From NCBI GenBank assembly GCA_000388065.2, contig KB932202.1: 5,152 nucleotides of DNA; one strand, written 5' to 3'. The position numbers and the translations under genes are program-made. Shown in pieces: positions 1-5,152 of the stretch (the stretch's first letter is position 1; each line of letters begins with the position of its first letter). This DNA is from Fonticula alba ATCC 38817. Its lineage: Eukaryota > Protista > Nucleariida. The notes below the pieces were generated by a model. The model was given only the letters and a program-made list of their open reading frames with translations. It did no database searches and was not told the origin of the DNA.

Positions 1-59
<59 letters not shown>
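1..59 (+). repeat. (CCG/GCC)n trinucleotide microsatellite, at least 19 units, truncated by the window edge
   Basis: Perfect GCC x19 from 3-59, ending 33 bp before the HtrA ATG. Confidence 0.97.
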
Positions 60-68
<9 letters not shown>

Positions 69-92
69 GCCCCTCCCCCGCCTTTTTCTTTG

Positions 93-1910
93 ATGAACTC
101 CCTGCGCCAGGTGCTTGGCCGGGCGCCGAGCCTGCCGAGCGCCCTGCCGGCCGCCGCCGCCGAGGAGGCCGTTCGCCACGGCCGGCGCCGCGTCCCCAGG
201 CCCGGCGCCTCGACCGGTGGCCCCGCCACTGCCTCGGCCGCCGTCACCGGGAAGCCCTCCCCGCCGGCCCGGCTGCGTGCCACCTACCTGCTGGCCGGCG
301 GCCGGCCCGGCATGCTGGTCATCCCCCGGCATCTGTCCTCGGGGACGGTGGTGATCGCGCGGCCGGGCCCGCGCGGCGCACGGCCCTCCCCCCCGGCCCC
401 CGGCGATGCCCAGCCCAAGGCCCACATCCCGGGGCTGTTCCTGCTGGCCGTGGCCTTCGCCGCCTTCTTCGCGGGCCAGCTGCCAGACAGCTCCTTCCGT
501 GCCTTCTCGAAGGCCTTCCCCTCGACGCCGCTGCCGATGTACGGGCACCACCCCATCCGCCGCGAGGGCCTGGAGGAGCCCCGGCATGTTGCCGCTGCGG
601 CCGGCGCCGAGTCGGCCGCCGGGCCCGATGCCGGGGGGCTGATGGCCGGCCGCCTGGCCCCGGCAGCAGCCGAGGCCAGCCTCAACACCACAGGCCACCG
701 GGCCATCGACGGGGCCCCCGACGCGCCCTTCAGTACCAGCTACGCCGACGTGCCGCGGGGGCCTGCCCCCACCTCGGGCCCGGCATCCGTGGCGTCTCCC
801 CTCCTCAGTCGTGATGCCCTGGTCCTGGCCGCCGAGAAGGCCCTCCAGTCGACGGTCAGCATCCGGCTGGTCACCATGCGCGACAAGTGGGGCTCCAGCG
901 GCGAGACCCTTCCCCAGTCCTCCTCCGAGGGGTCGGGCTTCTTCATCTCCGAGGATGGGGCCGTCCTGACCAATGCCCATGTCATCAGCGCCGCCCTGTC
1001 GGACGCCGACCCGGCCAAGGTGCGTCGCTCCTCTCCTCTCGCCCTGGTCATCGCCTGCCGGCCCGGCCTGACTGCTGACCTCCCCCCTGTTGGCAGTCTG
1101 TCCTCCGGGTGACCGATGCCGATGGCCGGGTCTTCCATGCGGAAGTCCTCGCCGTGGACCCGATCACCGACCTGGCCATCCTGCAAACTTACGCCGCGGC
1201 CGGCAGCCAGCCTGCCTCCCGCGTCACGCCGGCCACCTTCTCCCAGCGCAGTGCCGATCTTCGGTGCGATGGCATCGCCCCCTCTGCCCCTCCCTCTCTG
1301 TTTCTCTGTTTCTCTCTTTGTTTCTCTGTTTCTCTCTTTGTTTCTCTGTTTCTCTCTTTGTTTCTCTGTTTCTCTCTTTGTTTCTCTGTTTCTCTCCCTG
1401 CTTCTCTCCCCCCCCTCTCTCTCCCTCCCCTGGCTTCTTCGCCGTGAGGACTAACCTCATGGCCCCCCTGCCCGATGTGACTCAGACCTGGCGAGTACGT
1501 GGTGGCTGTCGGCTGCCCGCTCGGCTTTAAGAACTCCATCTCCGCCGGTATTCTCAGTGGTGCGTCCCCTTTGGGGCGCTCTTCGCGTCATCCATGCCCC
1601 CCCCCCCTCCTCCTCGCCGGGCGCATGCATGCTGCCCGTCGCTAACCATGTTTCCCCTGGCCCTCCTTGATAGCCACCACGCGGCGACCTTCGGACGTTG
1701 GTGCCGTGGAAAACGGCCTGACCTACCTCCAGGTGCCTGCCTCTCGCCTTGCATGTTCTCGCCGCCTCTTCCTGGCCGCTATGTGGCACTGACACCCCTG
1801 GCACAGAACAACTTCCCTCTGAACCAGGGCAACAGCGGTGGGCCGTTGCTCGACCTGGATGGCAATGTCATCGGCATCAACACCGTCAAGCTTAATGGCG
1901 AGGGGATTTC
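93..1910 (+). CDS. HtrA/DegP-family (trypsin-like, S1C) serine protease, HtrA2/Omi-Deg14-like; spliced and 3'-partial. Exons 93-1019, 1097-1263, 1486-1559, 1674-1732, 1807-1910
   Basis: Splicing four GT-AG introns gives one continuous frame: ...EGSGFFISEDGAVLTNAHVI...DPAK|SVLRVTDADGRVFHAEVLAVDPITDLAILQ...SADLR|PGEYVVAVGCPLGFKNSISAGILS|ATTRRPSDVGAVENGLTYLQ|NNFPLNQGNSGGPLLDLDGNVIGINTVKLNGEGIS. Catalytic His is at 978-980 (TNAHV), Asp at 1169-1171 (TDLAIL) and Ser at 1834-1836 (GNSGG). All intron phases match (0,2,1,0). ATG is at 93 (the ORF track starts at TTG 90); the frame is open further upstream, so the start is not certain. The expected FAIP motif and PDZ domain are not visible and probably lie in the gap. 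Confidence 0.93.
426..476 (+). other. Predicted transmembrane segment of the HtrA protease
   Basis: Uncharged hydrophobic run IPGLFLLAVAFAAFFAG (about aa 112-128 from ATG 93), preceded by an Arg-rich, acid-poor N-terminal region resembling a mitochondrial presequence. Confidence 0.65.
1020..1096 (+). other. Intron 1 of HtrA gene (77 bp, phase 0)
   Basis: Donor AAG|GTGCGT, branch-like CTGAC at 1075-1079, acceptor GGCAG|. It restores the frame from DPAK to SVLRVTDADG. Confidence 0.88.
1264..1485 (+). other. Intron 2 of HtrA gene (222 bp, phase 2)
   Basis: Donor GTGCGA, branch GACTAAC at 1449-1455, acceptor CTCAG|. It yields the family-typical DLR|PGEYVVAVG. Confidence 0.92.
1301..1396 (+). 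repeat. 20-bp tandem repeat (TTTCTCTGTTTCTCTCTTTG) x about 4.8 in HtrA intron 2
   Basis: Perfect copies start at 1301, 1321, 1341 and 1361, plus a 16-bp partial copy at 1381-1396. Confidence 0.95.
1560..1673 (+). other. Intron 3 of HtrA gene (114 bp, phase 1)
   Basis: Donor GTGCGT, branch GCTAAC at 1641-1646, acceptor GATAG|. It yields GILS-A-TTRRPSD. Confidence 0.9.
1733..1806 (+). other. Intron 4 of HtrA gene (74 bp, phase 0)
   Basis: Donor CAG|GTGCCT, branch ACTGAC at 1788-1793, acceptor CACAG|. It gives YLQ + 5 aa + NQGNSGG, exactly the family spacing. Confidence 0.88.
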
Positions 1911-1935
1911 GTGCGCGCATTGTCCCCCCCCCCCC
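1911..1935 (+). other. 5' part of intron 5 of HtrA gene (phase 2), running into the gap
   Basis: Donor GTGCGC right after GIS (where the family continues F-A-I-P), followed by a C-run like the other introns. Confidence 0.75.
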
Positions 1936-1945
1936 NNNNNNNNNN
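1936..1945. other. Assembly/scaffold gap (10 N placeholder; true size probably much larger)
   Basis: 10 Ns directly after a C12 run. The left side is an unfinished HtrA intron and the right side is mid-exon P450 signal-anchor sequence. Confidence 0.95.
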
Positions 1946-3681
1946 GGCCTCGCCAGTTGTCATCGGCCTCCTGCTGGCCGTGGTCACTTTTGTGATCTAC
2001 AAGGTACCTGTCGGCCCGGCCGCGCGCGCCACACACACACACACACTCCCCCTTGCCGCGGTTGCCGCCACCACCGCCACATCCACTCACCCCCCCCTCT
2101 CTCTCCCTCCCCCCTGCCACTAGTTTTTCTTCGCCCCCATCTTCCCGGCGGACCACACCTTCCTCAAGATCCCCGGGCCGACCAACCGCAAGCTCGGCAC
2201 CTACATCGGTGACCCGGTCCTGCTGCCGGTCACCAAGCAGTACTCGCACCTGCACAAGATGCTCCTGCAGTACGGGCCGCTCATGCGCCGGCGCGTGCTC
2301 ACCCGCAATGTCCTGGTCGTCGGCGACGGCGACGTGGCCCAGGAGGTCCTGAAGGACAAGGAGCGCTTCCCGGATCGCGGCCACAATGGCATTGTGGCGT
2401 CGCTGCCGCGCGGCCTGCTCGGCCTGCCCACCGGCCCGGAGTGGGCTCGCCACCGCCGCGCCATTTCCCCCCTGTTCGCCGACCGCTACATGCGCCTGTA
2501 TTCCAAGATTTTCATCGACAAGACCGCCGTCCTGGTGGACCTCCTCCAGAAGCGCGTCGCCGAGTCCCCCTCCGGCACCCACGACACCGTCAACATCATG
2601 GAGTACATCAGCAAGCTGGCCCTGGATTCCATCGGTCTCGGCGCCTTCGGCTATGACTTCGCCTCGCTCGGCTCCACCAACAGCCAGTACATGGACGCCA
2701 CCCACAAGCTCCTGGTCATCCTCATCGCCCGCACCATCATCCCCGACTGGCTGATTCGCATCTTCTACGCCCGCGAGTGGACCGAGTTCTTCGACGGCCT
2801 CAATGTCTTCAACCGCGTTGCCGACAAGATGATCGACGAGAATGACACCACCACCGAGCAGGATGCCAACACCTGCCTGGAGCTGCTGCACGCCCAGAAG
2901 TTCTCCCGCGAGGACATCCGCCAGGAGCTGGTCACCCTCATTCTGGCCGGCCATGAGACCACTGCCCATACCCTTGGCTGGGCGCTCTAACAGCTGGGGC
3001 AAAAGCCCGGGTGGGGGGGGTCCTTTTCCCCCCCCCCCCCCCCCCGTCGCGCCTCCCATGCGCGCATATGCAGGCACATGCCCATCAAGAAGACTGACTC
3101 TGTCTCCATCCCCCCCCCCCCGCCCCCGGCGGTCCCCCTCGCCAATCGATGCTCCATCGACCACAGCCCTTGCCAAGGCCCACGAGGAGATCGACCGCAT
3201 CTTCGACGAGGGCTTCACCATGGACCAGATCTTCGAGCGCCGCAACGACTTCGAGTATGTCAACGCCATCTTCAACGAGGCCCTCCGCCTGTACCCCACC
3301 GTCCCGATCATCCCCCGCCAGTCGGAGTTCGACCAGGAGATCTGCGACGGCAAGTACACCGTCCCGGCCAACACCAACATCTTCGTGTCCCTCTACTCGG
3401 TCGGCCGTAACCCCGCCGTCTGGGAGGATGCCGATACCTTCCTGCCGGATCGCTTCTACAAGACCGACGCCCACAAGAACCCGGCCTTCCTGCCCTTCGG
3501 CAGTGGCCCGCGTGTGTGTGTCGGCCGTCGCTTCGCCTACCTCGAGGCGGTCACCCTCCTGGTGGGCCTCCTCCGCCACTTCTCCATCGAGACCCCGGCG
3601 GACTTCGTCCCGGACGACCATGCCCACATGACCCTCGGCAGTGTCAACGGCATCACCCTGAAGGTTACCCCGCGCCTGTAA
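1946..3681 (+). CDS. Cytochrome P450 monooxygenase (microsomal, N-terminal anchor; CYP4/CYP46-like clan is tentative); 5'-partial, with an apparent premature stop/frameshift at 2988-3010. Exons <1946-2003, 2124-3010, 3167-3681
   Basis: Signal anchor ASPVVIGLLLAVVTFVIYK (1947-2003), proline hinge KIPGP (2166-2180), C-helix WARHR, I-helix AGHETT (2946-2963), K-helix EALR (3277-3288), PDRF (3445-3456) and heme motif FGSGPRVCVG (3496-3525, Cys 3517-3519). Stop TAA is at 3679-3681. Codons are strongly C/G-ending, and about 485 codons are visible. Confidence 0.93.
2004..2123 (+). other. Intron in P450 gene (120 bp, phase 0)
   Basis: Donor AAG|GTACCT, branch-like CTCAC at 2086-2090, C/T tract, acceptor ACTAG|. 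It joins IYK to FFFAPIFP in the same frame. Confidence 0.88.
2031..2046 (+). repeat. (AC)8 microsatellite in P450 intron
   Basis: ACACACACACACACAC, preceded by a short (CG)n run. Confidence 0.9.
3011..3166 (+). other. Intron in P450 gene after the I-helix (about 156 bp; exact 5' boundary uncertain)
   Basis: The only nearby GT is at 3011 (GTGGGG). The intron has C-run-rich content, ACTGAC at 3093-3098 and acceptor CACAG| at 3166, followed by LAKAHEEIDRIF. The phase does not match the upstream frame by one base. Confidence 0.7.
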
Positions 3682-4266
3682 GCGGCGCCGGTCCCCCTCC
3701 TCCCCCTTTGCTCTCTCCTGCGCATGCTCGGGTGCCCCCCCCCCCCCTGGTGTTCCCCAGCGGCTTGCAGAGGGGGGAAAGAGGCGGAGCGACGAAGGGG
3801 GGAGGTATAGCGCGTGGGCACTCGTGTGGGTGTCCGCGCGCGCTCTCCTCCTCCGGCGCCCAGCGCGGTCCACGCGTGAGGCGGCCCCGGACCGGTGGGG
3901 AGGGGGAGGGGGGGAGTCCCCAGGCGGGCCACCGCCACACGCAGGACAGCCGCGGGCGCGCATGTTGCTGCAATCCCCCCCTCCCGTCCACTTGCGGTGT
4001 GGGGCATTGTCATCTTCGCGCGCACCGGTGTCTGGCCCTTCGTATGTGTGTGTCTGTCTCCCGTTGTCGAGAACTGCCCACCTCTTCTCCTTCTGCTGTC
4101 TCCCCCCCCCCCCCCCCTCCATCTTCTCCTTGCCGGGGGAGGGGCTCCGTATGTGTGCACATGCGCTGCGCCCATCGGCGCCCCAGTGCCCATACGCGCG
4201 GCCCCTCCTCTCTCCCCTCCTCCCTCCCTGCGCAGCCGGTCTTGCGTCTGCCTCTTCCGTGTATGG

Positions 4267-4323
4267 ATGTGCGCGCGCGTGTGTGTATGTATATCTACAG
4301 GCATGCACGCGCGCGCGCGTGCA
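4267..4323. repeat. Alternating purine-pyrimidine tracts ((GC)n/(GT)n/(AT)n) including a perfect 20-bp palindrome
   Basis: 4267-4294 and 4301-4323 are strictly alternating R/Y. The segment 4304-4323 TGCACGCGCGCGCGCGTGCA is self-complementary. Confidence 0.85.
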
Positions 4324-5108
4324 GGCGCGGAAAGGAAGGATCGTCGCCCTGCCGAGAGAGCGAGAGGAGAGGGAGGCTGCTGCCTCGTCGTGTGCACATC
4401 CGCGCGCGCTCCTCCCTCCCTCTCTTTCTCCCCCCTCCCCCCCCTATTCTCCTGTATATATGTGTGCGTGTGTGAGAGAGTTGTCCTTCCCCCATTATAT
4501 ATATTTCAAAATACACATGCGCGTTTCCATTCTTCCCTTTCGCGTGGACCCGCAGGAGGAGAGCACCCGCTCTCCGGTCCAGGACGCATGTACGTGCAAA
4601 CGACGCCCACCTGGGGCTGCCCCGGAGGAGGAGGGCGCGGACGATCTAGGGGGAACCCGGCGGGGGGAGGGGGGGGGGCCGGCCGGGAGGGGCAGAACGG
4701 GCAGGGGGCGTCCGCATGTGCGTGCGCGTCGGCACAGTACCGACGCACGCGATGAGCGGCAGTCGACAAGTCGCGGCACATGATTGACCCCGGCACCGGC
4801 CCGAGCGTCACATGGCCGGCACATGACCAAATCGCGATCTTGTCGTCACGGAGAGCGCCCCGGCGTAGCCCCCCCCGGCCCGGGGGCGGCGGCGGCTTCC
4901 CGACAGCCGCACCCTTCCTCCGGGCTTCTTCCCCGGGGCGGGGCCGCGCGTGTGGGAAGCTCTGGAACGTGTCTCATGCGTGAGTCAGCGTGTTTGTGCA
5001 TGCCCAGAGCAGCGAGAGACAGGGGGGCACGATCGTGGGCGGAAAAAAGCCCCGAGCGCGGCGACCCCGATCGACTCGGCCCTGGGGAGAGGCGTGCCCG
5101 GCAATCCG

Positions 5109-5152
<44 letters not shown>
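5109..5152 (+). repeat. Poly-C homopolymer (44 nt or more) at the window end
   Basis: Uninterrupted C run to the end of the window; the length is unreliable and it may be adjacent to another gap. Confidence 0.9.

Noticed and set aside
1301-1396. CRISPR-like array
   Set aside because: Head-to-tail repeats with no spacers, inside a eukaryotic intron, with no cas genes.
1109-1539. ORFs with FLCFSLCFSVSL or EKQREKQRNKER repeats
   Set aside because: Translations of the intronic 20-bp tandem repeat, not protein.
1788-1824. ACT GAC ACC CCT (TDTP) just upstream of LNQGNSGG, which would resemble the canonical TDxxLN motif
   Set aside because: It is out of frame with GNSGG, has no AG acceptor before it and no GT-AG to remove the intervening 19 nt. 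ACTGAC is well placed as the branch site of intron 4.
1910-1957. Direct spliced HtrA-P450 fusion using donor 1911 and the CAG at 1954-1956
   Set aside because: The HtrA exon ends in phase 2, but entering the P450 frame at 1957 needs phase 1. The intervening sequence is also an unsized gap.
2988-2990. Alternative genetic code (TAA reassigned) explaining the internal stop
   Set aside because: The same gene ends with TAA at 3679-3681, no other in-frame stops occur in about 930 codons, and a frame defect remains regardless.
3090-3166. Alternative acceptor at 3088-3089 that would restore frame
   Set aside because: It would insert a non-homologous poly-Pro stretch (RLTLSPSPPPRPRRSPSP...) into the J-helix region, lies upstream of the likely branch site, and does not remove the TAA.
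1779-3380. 533-aa minus-strand ORF
   Set aside because: Antisense shadow of the GC3-rich P450 exon, in codon register with 2124-2990. It runs through introns and the N gap and has no recognisable motif.
3085-4308. 407-aa minus-strand ORF and other long ORFs at 3516-4811
   Set aside because: In register with the last P450 exon, or translation of low-complexity GC-rich intergenic DNA (poly-P/G/R, ARAR, CVCV). Stop codons are rare at this GC content.
4556-4783. Possible orphan exon after an acceptor-like TTCCCTTTCGCGTGGACCCGCAG (4555)
   Set aside because: The translation (EESTRSPVQDACTCKRR...) lacks the C/G-ending codon bias and any recognisable motif, and there is no upstream exon to pair with.
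4981-4987. TGAGTCA AP-1/GCN4-type site
   Set aside because: A single 7-mer with no known TSS context is not distinguishable from chance.

Overview
This is GC-rich, intron-containing eukaryotic DNA, so the ORF track is misleading. It looks like a microbial eukaryote (a Fonticula-like protist is a guess only). Two + strand genes can be reconstructed by hand, separated by a 10-N assembly gap at 1936-1945. (1) An HtrA/DegP-family serine protease of HtrA2/Omi-Deg14 type: exons 93-1019, 1097-1263, 1486-1559, 1674-1732 and 1807-1910. Its His/Asp/Ser triad is intact and its 3' end is lost in the gap. (2) A membrane-anchored cytochrome P450: exons <1946-2003, 2124-3010 and 3167-3681. All P450 signature motifs are intact, but it has an in-frame TAA at 2988-2990 and a one-base frame mismatch at the last intron. 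That means either a very recent pseudogene or, more likely, base-calling errors beside G8/C18 homopolymers. The stretch 3682-5152 looks intergenic and low-complexity, with C/G runs, alternating purine-pyrimidine tracts and a small E-box cluster. I find no convincing novel multi-gene system. The most notable points are the localised P450 lesion, an atypical NNFPL segment before the protease GNSGG motif, and the unresolved protease/P450 junction.
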